From: a virus
Taxonomy: Duplodnaviria; Caudoviricetes
Direction: 5' to 3' (one strand)
IMG/VR virus record: IMGVR_UViG_3300023053_000005
Span: 1-43,195 of that record
DNA: 43,195 nucleotides
Below are positions 1 through 6,800 of this stretch, piece by piece; positions within the stretch are counted from its first letter, which is position 1; each line of letters begins with the position of its first letter. A program made the position numbers and the translations under genes. Below the pieces are notes generated by a model. It worked only from the letters and a program-made list of their open reading frames with translations, did no database searches and was not told the origin of the DNA.

Positions 1-127
1 TGATCTGGGCCTTCTTCTGGCCCTCGGTAACCAGCAACTGATAATCCTTCTTCAGCGAGACACGCGCCTGACCGCCCAGCGCCAGGTTGATCGCTTCCTG
101 AAGGCTGGACTTTCCGGCGCCGTTTGG
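1..127. repeat. Terminal direct repeat, left copy (circular assembly overlap)
   Basis: Identical to 43069-43195; 127 nt is a typical assembler k-mer; the ATPase ORF continues in frame across the join. Confidence 0.95.
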
Positions 128-217
128 GCCGCTTACCAGAGTGATTGGTGCGGACAGGTCCAGGTTGCACGTGTGCAAGCCTTGGAAGTTTTCAACGAAA
201 AGATGGTTCAGGCGCAT
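1..217 (-). CDS. N-terminal part of Rad50/SbcC-like (SMC-family) ATPase; continues at 43068 to 41531
   Basis: ATG at 217 gives MRLNHLFVENFQGLHTCNLDLSAPITLVSGPNGAGKSS, containing Walker A; in frame with 41531..43105 across the circular join (584 aa total). Confidence 0.88.
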   Translation of the reverse strand, partial: MRLNHLFVENFQGLHTCNLDLSAPITLVSGPNGAGKSSLQEAINLALGGQARVSLKKDYQLLVTEGQKKAQI

Positions 218-223
218 GGTGGG

Positions 224-1033
224 TTACTCCAGGTCGAGGTTCGCCAGTTCGGCGATGACCTTGTAGGTGTTTTCGAGGGACGTTTCGCCCTCGGTTTCGA
301 GTTTGATGACTGCGTTATCAACAAGGCGCAACAGCAGGGTAGTGGCCTGCTCGCTGTCGATGGCAAGGCGACGCTGCAGCCAGGCGACGTCGACCGTTTT
401 CGCGTGCAGCACCACCAGCTGGGCGGCGTCTTCGTAGCTGAAGTCGCCGAACTCTTTGTCGAGTTCAGCGATGCTGCCGGTGCGTTCTGCAAGTTCTTCG
501 GCGGTGCCCAATGGGTGACTTTCGCCGTCCGGTTCATCTGGCCCGGTACCGCCGCCGAAAAGGCTGCCGGTCAAGTTGCTGACGTGCAGCGGCAAATCAG
601 GCTGGTCGCGATCTGGCTGAATGAAGTCCAGACCCTCGGCATAGTCGTCGGGCGCCATCACCAACAGGCAGAGCCGGCCGGCGCTGTCGATCAGGTCGTG
701 CCGGTTTGGGTCTTTCGCGTCGACGATCGACGTCAGGGTCAACTGCTTGGAGTTGAACTTGACCTCTTTCATCGTGACTTCGATGGTCGAGACGTTGCGC
801 GAACTGATGATCGCGATCGCGTTATGCACGGCTTTTTCAGCGGCTTCGGTGAGGCGGTCAATCACTTCCTGCTGCTGGCCTTCGTTCAGCTTGCTGTAGG
901 GCGAGTGCAGGTTCTTCAGCTCAAACAGACCGGCTTCAACCAGGTCGTGCACCAGCAGTTCGTGCGCAATGTAGGACGGCGGAACGTCCGCTATCTTGGC
1001 GCGCTCAATGATTGCCTTATGTTCAGGTTTCAT
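224..1033 (-). CDS. Phage protein with C-terminal FtsK-gamma-like winged helix
   Basis: YEDAAQLVV...VAWLQRRLAIDSEQATTLLLRLVDNAVI resembles the FtsK gamma pattern; lies in the leftward operon. Confidence 0.7.
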   Translation of the reverse strand: MKPEHKAIIERAKIADVPPSYIAHELLVHDLVEAGLFELKNLHSPYSKLNEGQQQEVIDRLTEAAEKAVHNAIAIISSRNVSTIEVTMKEVKFNSKQLTLTSIVDAKDPNRHDLIDSAGRLCLLVMAPDDYAEGLDFIQPDRDQPDLPLHVSNLTGSLFGGGTGPDEPDGESHPLGTAEELAERTGSIAELDKEFGDFSYEDAAQLVVLHAKTVDVAWLQRRLAIDSEQATTLLLRLVDNAVIKLETEGETSLENTYKVIAELANLDLE

Positions 1034-1042
1034 GGGGTGTCC

Positions 1043-1243
1043 TCAGGCTTTCGCAATGCGTTCGAGCTTCGACTGTTGCGCCGGGCTCAGGTGAGTGTGG
1101 GCGCCGTAGCGCTTGAAGTTGGCCCGCAGGTTCTCGGTAAATTCCAACTCCCAAGCGCCGCTGGCATGAAGCTCAGCGGCGGCTAACAGGGCTTGGAATT
1201 CCTCGACGCGGTCGTATATCTCGATGACCGATTGAGTAGCCAT
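1043..1243 (-). CDS. Hypothetical protein (66 aa)
   Basis: ORF fits tightly between operon neighbours. Confidence 0.7.
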   Translation of the reverse strand: MATQSVIEIYDRVEEFQALLAAAELHASGAWELEFTENLRANFKRYGAHTHLSPAQQSKLERIAKA

Positions 1244-1248
1244 TGCGG

Positions 1249-2223
1249 TTACTCGAGCTGCAGGTTGACGGTATCGGCGGGTTTGGTGTCGGTTTCGGCG
1301 GTTTCTGATGCGGCTTTTGCTTCATCCGTTGCGGTTTCGGTCGGATCTGATTCGGTTTTCCCCGTTTCTGATGCGGTTTTCGCCAGAATTGATGCATCGA
1401 CATCAGCTTCGTCGGCGTCATCATCGATGACTGACGGCGGCTCAGGCTCCTTATCGCGCAGGTCGGTCAAATCGACTGCAAAGTTGCCTGCGCCATCTGG
1501 CTTGGCGTCGATGAAGTCCTCGACCTCTTCGCGGGACTGCAACCCCATCAACAGTTCAGGGGCATACAGTCGGCCAAGCAGGCTGGCCGCGCGATAACGC
1601 AACATGACTTCAGGCATGGTCAGCCACTTGCTGCCATTTTTGGTCAGCCACCCTTCATCAATCGCCATCTGAATCGACACAGTTGGGCCATCAAGGCGGT
1701 CGCCGGTGTCCTTCTCAATGACCCAGGCGCGGCAGGTCCGGTGCTGAACGCTGGCGGTTTTCTTGACCTGGGTCGGCTTGTTGTTGATCCAGGTCTTCAC
1801 CTCGTATTCAACTTTTTCGGTTTCGCCTGGCTCGCTCATTTCGAAGCGCAGCGGGCTGAACCGTCCGCAACTGTTGATCGCGGCGATGATGAACTGGCTC
1901 GACCAGCTCGGGCGCCCCTCGATCACATACAGGTTCTGCATCACCATCAGTGGATCGGCACCCATACGCTGCGCCATGTTCAGCGCGACAATGCAGTTGG
2001 GAAGGCCAGCGCCATTTGGTTGATAACCGGTGACCTTGCCGCCTTGCTTCACCTCGGTGAAGGCACGGTACTGAACGGGAACCAGCGTGGACCCGGCCAG
2101 TGCTTTTGCCACTCGCTGGATCTGGTCGAATCCCGACCCGGTCAGAAGAGACATCGGCGCGTCAGTTTTTGGTGGCGCAACAGCACTGGTTTGCATTGCT
2201 GTCAGCTGCGTTGGTTGAGTCAT
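1249..2223 (-). CDS. RecT/Red-beta-like single-strand annealing protein with acidic C-terminal tail
   Basis: Start MTQPTQ at 2223; NCIVALNMAQRMGADPLMVMQNLYVIEGRPSW and KW..MPEVMLRYRA motifs; directly downstream of an exonuclease. Confidence 0.7.
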   Translation of the reverse strand: MTQPTQLTAMQTSAVAPPKTDAPMSLLTGSGFDQIQRVAKALAGSTLVPVQYRAFTEVKQGGKVTGYQPNGAGLPNCIVALNMAQRMGADPLMVMQNLYVIEGRPSWSSQFIIAAINSCGRFSPLRFEMSEPGETEKVEYEVKTWINNKPTQVKKTASVQHRTCRAWVIEKDTGDRLDGPTVSIQMAIDEGWLTKNGSKWLTMPEVMLRYRAASLLGRLYAPELLMGLQSREEVEDFIDAKPDGAGNFAVDLTDLRDKEPEPPSVIDDDADEADVDASILAKTASETGKTESDPTETATDEAKAASETAETDTKPADTVNLQLE

Positions 2224-2234
2224 GGTGAGCCTCG

Positions 2235-3041
2235 TTATTCGTGGTAGGGACAGGAGGACCAGCGCGGGCAGTAGCGTGCGCTGCACAGAAAACTCTGTGG
2301 GTTTGGGGGGAACAGGCCGGTGCGGAACATGTCGGCGCCGATCTGGATCAGGCCGGGGAACTCTTCGGTGCCCACCATCATCTGGCGGGCGTTGCGGATC
2401 TCGCCGATACCTGTTTCCGGCTTGCCGCCGGTCTTCAACCCGATGATGTGAGCCGGTGCGGTGCATGGCTCGCCGGTGGTGTGCTCTTCGAGGATTTCGT
2501 AGGTGCCGATCTGCGCGGCGTGGCCTTTGGTTTTGGCCTTGCCTTCAACAACAGCGACCCGGCCCGACTTCACGTCAGCGATACCTTTGCCGGTACCGGT
2601 CTTGCAGATCCGCGCCCGGTCGAGCTGGCCGGTTAGGCGGACAATGATGCCGCCACCACAATCGATTTCCAGCGGTGCTGCCGTGCGCTCAACTGCCACG
2701 AACTCATATCGCGGGCTGATTTCGTTGCAGTATTTGGTGTGCAGTTGCAGACCGATCGACTCAGCCTGTGCCAAGGTGATGTCCGAGCCGCGCCAGTCAA
2801 CGTCGTAATCCGGGTTGCGCAGCGTGTGCACGAACATCTCGGCAGTGTCGAAGGCCGACAGGTTGCTGCCATTGATCCGGGCCGAATCGAACGCTGCGGT
2901 GCCGGCGTGAATCGCGGTACCGAGCTGCGAGCGCGGACTACCCGGCGACCGATGGCCCAGCAAGTGAATCCACTCCCACTTGAAGGCGCAGTCGAACAAC
3001 GAGCCCCACGACGAGGCCCGAACAGTGGTCACGTTGCTCAT
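2235..3041 (-). CDS. PD-(D/E)XK exonuclease, Cas4/AddB-like, putative Fe-S
   Basis: GTAIH, E, LTGQLD, ADVKSG and Q...Y nuclease motifs; one N-terminal Cys plus C-terminal CSARYCPRWSSC. Confidence 0.82.
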   Translation of the reverse strand: MSNVTTVRASSWGSLFDCAFKWEWIHLLGHRSPGSPRSQLGTAIHAGTAAFDSARINGSNLSAFDTAEMFVHTLRNPDYDVDWRGSDITLAQAESIGLQLHTKYCNEISPRYEFVAVERTAAPLEIDCGGGIIVRLTGQLDRARICKTGTGKGIADVKSGRVAVVEGKAKTKGHAAQIGTYEILEEHTTGEPCTAPAHIIGLKTGGKPETGIGEIRNARQMMVGTEEFPGLIQIGADMFRTGLFPPNPQSFLCSARYCPRWSSCPYHE

Positions 3042-3559
3042 ACTCGCCCCCGTGCCTTGGAAAAGGCCGCCGCCATCGTGCTGTTTGCACTCATGTCGTC
3101 GAGACAGACCCGCGACGCTTGTGCACATTGTTCGTGCTCAAACCAACCGAAATGACATTCATCAACGCTGATGCCCATCTGGCCAGCGAGCCATTGGTAG
3201 GCAAGCGTTCGGCTGAACCCTCGATCTTCTTTCAGACGGTGGAAAACCGCTTTGCTGGCGTTGCGATCCTTGCGGAGCTGGTCGTTTGCCAGCGTACCCA
3301 AGGGTATATCGGTATCCGGATGCAGGCCGACATAAGCCCGGCAGCCGCTGCACAAATAGGCGTATGGCCAATCACCGTAAGTTCGGCCGTTGTAGATTTC
3401 CGAGTTGTTCACCAGAACAACGCTGTCGCCGCAGTAGCGGCACGCCGTTGGTATAGGCAGTGGGTTTTTTACGCGTTTGAGTGCCCGGCGGCTGACGTGA
3501 GGCAGCGGCGCAGGTGCAGCAATACGCTCGGGGGCGTTTGCCCGAGGATCGATCGACAT
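3038..3559 (-). CDS. Zinc-finger protein (DUF3268-like)
   Basis: CRYCG...YLCSGCRAYVGLHPDTDIPLGTLA and ECHFGWF motifs; ATGA overlap with next gene. Confidence 0.75.
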   Translation of the reverse strand: MSIDPRANAPERIAAPAPLPHVSRRALKRVKNPLPIPTACRYCGDSVVLVNNSEIYNGRTYGDWPYAYLCSGCRAYVGLHPDTDIPLGTLANDQLRKDRNASKAVFHRLKEDRGFSRTLAYQWLAGQMGISVDECHFGWFEHEQCAQASRVCLDDMSANSTMAAAFSKARGRV

Positions 3560-3567
3560 TTGGTTAC

Positions 3568-3687
3568 CTACTGAGTGATCAGTCCGCCGAGCGCAGGCGC
3601 CAGCAGGACAATGGTGAGGAAGGTCAGGCCGACAGCGGCCGAGGTGATGAGAATCGCGCGGCGCCGGTAGCGCTGGTTGGTGGTCAT
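3568..3687 (-). CDS. Small membrane peptide (39 aa)
   Basis: MTTNQRYRRR followed by a hydrophobic helix; start overlaps upstream stop. Confidence 0.55.
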   Translation of the reverse strand: MTTNQRYRRRAILITSAAVGLTFLTIVLLAPALGGLITQ

Positions 3688-4139
3688 GGTGGCGAATCCA
3701 GTGCCTTTATGGCCGACTTGCCTAAAGCGCGCAGTGAGCGCCGGAAGTTGCCCAGGTCGCGGCGTTCTTTCTTGCGCTCCCTGACGAAATGCCAAGCCCG
3801 AGTGCAGTGGACGCATCCTTGTTTAAGGAGGAAAGCCGATACTTCGTCGTCGTTTAGGCCTCGTTCTTCCTCGTCCGACCATCCTCTAAACGCTTCCCAC
3901 ATATGCGTTTTGCGCCGGTCTTTTTCGTCATACAGGATTCGCCAATGCTCTTCGCTCCCATTCGGCCAAGGTAAATCGCCAAGCTCCGGGAACGGGTTTA
4001 CTGGCTTCGGTCCAATGAGGTCGAAACGGTTCTCACACCGGCTAAGGTGCAGCCCGATCTCAGCGGTCAGGGACTTAATCCGCTGCAGGGTGATTTCGTG
4101 AGCTGCAAGGGTCATGAGGACTTTCCGCTCAAGGGTCAT
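3684..4139 (-). CDS. Hypothetical protein
   Basis: 151-aa ORF with CxxC, coupled to neighbours by overlaps. Confidence 0.65.
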   Translation of the reverse strand: MTLERKVLMTLAAHEITLQRIKSLTAEIGLHLSRCENRFDLIGPKPVNPFPELGDLPWPNGSEEHWRILYDEKDRRKTHMWEAFRGWSDEEERGLNDDEVSAFLLKQGCVHCTRAWHFVRERKKERRDLGNFRRSLRALGKSAIKALDSPP

Positions 4140-4270
4140 GGCATCCGCACCACGATTTCACCGCGGCGAATCTCGATGCGGGTAAACGGAGGCAAATCGG
4201 TGACCAAAAAAAAGCCCCGAAGATTCAGGGCTTTCGCGAGTTCTTTGCAGTTCTTGGCGGTGATCGTCAC
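4136..4270 (-). CDS. Small hypothetical protein (44 aa, GTG start), not in ORF track
   Basis: (M)TITAKNCKELAKALNLRGFFLVTDLPPFTRIEIRRGEIVVRMP; GTGA and ATGA overlaps at both ends. Confidence 0.55.
   Translation of the reverse strand: MTITAKNCKELAKALNLRGFFLVTDLPPFTRIEIRRGEIVVRMP
4206..4234 (-). terminator. Intrinsic terminator-like hairpin inside the small ORF
   Basis: AAAGCCCTGAATCTTCGGGGC followed by T8 on the minus strand. Confidence 0.55.
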
Positions 4271-4500
4271 GGTGCTGACCTCCGAATGTCGGTGAGAAAG
4301 GCCTCGGCCTGTGCCTGGTAGAAGTGATCCAGCCGGGCCACATAGTGGCGGTGCTCGCTGATGTCGATCGCCCCCAGCGCGTGGGCCATTTCGATGGCCA
4401 TGCTCGTTTCAGCGTGCAGCTGCGCCGACGAGTCGCCAGCGCGCAGCAGGGCAAAGCGAGAATCGATCATGCCCAGTGCGATTTCGTGCTTGCGGTTCAT
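4267..4500 (-). CDS. Hypothetical protein
   Basis: MNRKHEIALG..., ATGA-coupled to upstream gene. Confidence 0.65.
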   Translation of the reverse strand: MNRKHEIALGMIDSRFALLRAGDSSAQLHAETSMAIEMAHALGAIDISEHRHYVARLDHFYQAQAEAFLTDIRRSAP

Positions 4501-4778
4501 GCTGCCCACCGTGACCGGCGCTGCTGGGCGTCAATCTCAACCCAGAGCGCCGCCTCGATCTGCTTGCCGTATTGCTGGGCCAGCGAGTCGTAACCGAAAA
4601 CCTTCTGCCGTACACCTTCGTCGTCGTAGGTGATGGCCGACAAAACCTTGAACTCCAGTTCCCGGCTCCCGTAGAAGTCCCAGTCGCTGTTCCAAGCATT
4701 GAAACAAGGCGGGATGTTCTCGCAATGGGTTACCTCCACCTGGAGGACAAACCCTTCAACAATCACTTCGTGTTCCAT
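4497..4778 (-). CDS. Hypothetical protein (93 aa)
   Basis: MEHEVIVEGF... preceded by GGAGG Shine-Dalgarno. Confidence 0.7.
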   Translation of the reverse strand: MEHEVIVEGFVLQVEVTHCENIPPCFNAWNSDWDFYGSRELEFKVLSAITYDDEGVRQKVFGYDSLAQQYGKQIEAALWVEIDAQQRRSRWAA

Positions 4779-4878
4779 GGTGGTCGCCTCCGTGGTGGCG
4801 GTGTGTGAAGTCACTCGGCTGCCTTCGTGCCTGCCGGTTGCCGTTGGGCGCAGGAGAAGGCATGCGACTGAGTTCAAT

Positions 4879-4905
4879 AAAAAAGCCCGGTCTCACCCGG
4901 GCTTT
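4879..4905 (-). terminator. Intrinsic terminator
   Basis: GCCCGG-GTGAGA-CCGGGC followed by T6 on the minus strand. Confidence 0.75.
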
Positions 4906-5089
4906 CGTCTTCACGTAGACCTCCCTACGTAAAGGGGAAATTGCCTCCTGCTGGAGGGCTTGGCTGTCTGTTACATGGCTGCAAATCCTCCAGTTGGTTT
5001 GTACAGTGGAACTGCGCACACAGTTGGCGCTTTGCAGCTGTACCTGCATTGGCAAAAACCCTGCTAAAGGTGCTTGCCGATGGAGGTAG

Positions 5090-5119
5090 AAAAAGCCCCG
5101 ACATTGCCGGGGCTTTTTT
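5090..5119. terminator. Bidirectional intrinsic terminator
   Basis: AAAAAGCCCCG-acattgc-CGGGGCTTTTTT. Confidence 0.8.
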
Positions 5120-5161
5120 GGCTAGGTTCGCAGCATTGCTACGACCGGCGCCGATCCAGGC

Positions 5162-5200
5162 TCAAATGGCTTCTGATTGAGAGATGCGACATCGCTTCAT
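5162..5200 (-). CDS. Putative 12-aa micro-ORF MKRCRISQSEAI
   Basis: AAGGAG Shine-Dalgarno just upstream; followed by terminator. Confidence 0.3.
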   Translation of the reverse strand: MKRCRISQSEAI

Positions 5201-5374
5201 GCTCTTCTCCTTGCGTGGATGGATGGGTTGGGGCTGATTTATCGACGCACCCCGCGCCGTCGGTTACTGACACCGAACGCCAAGCCGCATATGCGGCACT
5301 CTCTCTAAACGAGTTTCCCCAGAGAGATATCGGGCCGTTGCGTACGGCGGACGATGGAGATGGTTAAGCAGCTT

Positions 5375-5653
5375 TCAGTTAAAGCACTGCTGCATGGCGC
5401 TCATGAAGTTGTTCTGACGAAGTTCTGACGCGATCTCTTCGGCGAAATCCTCAACCGCAGCATCAAAAGCATCCTTATCATCAAAGCTGGTTGGCGATGC
5501 CTTTTTCATATCGTCAAACTGGCATTTGAAGTGCTTGAACCCTTCGGCTTCGTTCTGGAAGTAGTCCTGATATATCCATCCAGTAATTCCAGCGAACGAA
5601 GATTTCAGCTCTTCGTAAACAGCCCTATCTAATTGGTCTTCAGTGAAGGACAT
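5375..5653 (-). CDS. Small acidic early protein (92 aa)
   Basis: MSFTEDQLDRAV...; GGAG SD; about 19 D/E versus 8 K/R. Confidence 0.75.
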   Translation of the reverse strand: MSFTEDQLDRAVYEELKSSFAGITGWIYQDYFQNEAEGFKHFKCQFDDMKKASPTSFDDKDAFDAAVEDFAEEIASELRQNNFMSAMQQCFN

Positions 5654-5811
5654 GGTCTTGCTCCGTTCGTGGCTTTCGAATGCCTCCCGGGGTTTGAGAG
5701 GCATTTGTAAATCCAGATGGCGATCCTGAAACAGCAGGAGGCCATCTGATATCCAGGTTTGTGAGTTTTTGGCGGGACGCTGATTGACCAGAACCAATCT
5801 GCACCCCGTCA

Positions 5812-5928
5812 TTACAATCGAGGCTTTTCCCGGATGTAGCCGGGCGGATCGGTTGGCAGTCGAACATCATCAGGCGGTTCTGGCCGCACATGATTTAGCG
5901 CTGCGCCGATCAGGATGATCTGGAGCAT
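5812..5928 (-). CDS. Small protein (38 aa) MLQIILIGAALNHVRPEPPDD..., not in ORF track
   Basis: GGAG SD upstream; hydrophobic N-terminus and Pro-rich tail. Confidence 0.45.
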   Translation of the reverse strand: MLQIILIGAALNHVRPEPPDDVRLPTDPPGYIREKPRL

Positions 5929-6122
5929 GGGTTTCTCCGGTTTGGGTTGAATGCAGGGGCCGCGTTGCGCGGAGGTTGCTTTCGTCCGCATCGGGGTGTG
6001 ATCTGAATGCTGTTACCCAGGCTCACGATTAGGCTGCCCGGGGATCAATCCAGATCACACACCGATGCGCTCTCATAGAGAGGATCGGGCAGTTAACGAC
6101 AGGCTGTCGTGGCGCTGGCTGT

Positions 6123-6410
6123 TCATTCGGTTCCAGTCAGCCAGCCCGGGCACTTCGCTTCCAAGAGCCACTTGCGGAGCGTTCCCAGGAGTTCGCCGTC
6201 CTCGTCTGTCCATTGTTTGTCGAGGATGTCGCCGATTGCCTCTTCACAATCTTCTTCATCCACATCGTCGATATCCCGCTCGCAAAACCTTGCATGCAGG
6301 GCCATGGCCTCCTCGGCGGAACTGGCCGCGTAGTAGTCGTGCTCTTCCACGATGAACACGCGGAGCTGCTTGATGATTGGTTGACCATCGAGTGTCAGTT
6401 GTTCGGACAT
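6123..6410 (-). CDS. Small, very acidic early protein (95 aa); first gene after pL
   Basis: MSEQLTLDGQ...; GGAG SD; about 25 D/E versus 8 K/R. Confidence 0.8.
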   Translation of the reverse strand: MSEQLTLDGQPIIKQLRVFIVEEHDYYAASSAEEAMALHARFCERDIDDVDEEDCEEAIGDILDKQWTDEDGELLGTLRKWLLEAKCPGWLTGTE

Positions 6411-6637
6411 TTCAGGTACTCCGGTTGTTTTCCCAATGCACCCGTCACCAGGTGCATCAGTGAAAATTTCCGTTTCTCTCACAGGCCCGGCTCGCTCACG
6501 CCGGATCACGCTTCCCACATCGCTCGGGGCCTGCGTGCCACTTGGATGACAGCTTCTGAGCCGTCACACCTGATCGCAGCCGGAACGCATGTGGCGTCGG
6601 CTGGCCTTCTATGCCTGAAGGCTCGGCGGTCTATCGA

Positions 6638-6661
6638 TGTTAAAGAGCGCTGGCTTTCGCC
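6638..6661 (-). promoter_or_regulatory. boxA antitermination element preceded by a GNRA mini-hairpin
   Basis: Minus strand reads GGC-GAAA-GCC-a-g-CGCTCTTTAACA; perfect boxA consensus about 45 nt downstream of pL. Confidence 0.8.
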
Positions 6662-6672
6662 GGGTTTCGAAT

Positions 6673-6734
6673 TTGCGTCTTGCGCAAAACATAGATTGCA
6701 TTATGCGCAAACTTTAATTTGCGTCAAGCGCAAA
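6673..6734 (-). promoter_or_regulatory. OL1-3 operators and pL promoter
   Basis: TTGCGTCTTGCGCAAA (6673), TTGCATTATGCGCAAA (6696), TTGCGTCAAGCGCAAA (6719) at 23-bp spacing; minus strand TTGACG-N16-CATAAT. Confidence 0.82.
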
Positions 6735-6754
6735 TCTGAAAAAAGATTGGGACG

Positions 6755-6780
6755 AAAAAAAGCCCGCTCAGTGGCGGGCT
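6755..6780 (-). terminator. Terminator of the cI transcript
   Basis: AGCCCGC-cactga-GCGGGCT followed by T-run on the minus strand. Confidence 0.8.
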
Positions 6781-6800
6781 CTATCGCAGAAGTGGAAGTG

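Noticed and set aside
1-127. Terminal repeat as a biological phage DTR
   Set aside because: It is exactly 127 nt and falls in the middle of a gene; better explained as assembler overlap of a circular contig
173-1186. 337-aa plus-strand ORF
   Set aside because: Antisense shadow of real minus-strand genes in GC-rich DNA
2235-3041. Cas4-like gene as part of a CRISPR-Cas locus
   Set aside because: No repeat-spacer array or other cas genes seen; the context is a recombination module
3568-3687. RYRRR peptide as an N-like antiterminator
   Set aside because: The basic patch is followed by a transmembrane helix and lies far from pL, past several terminators
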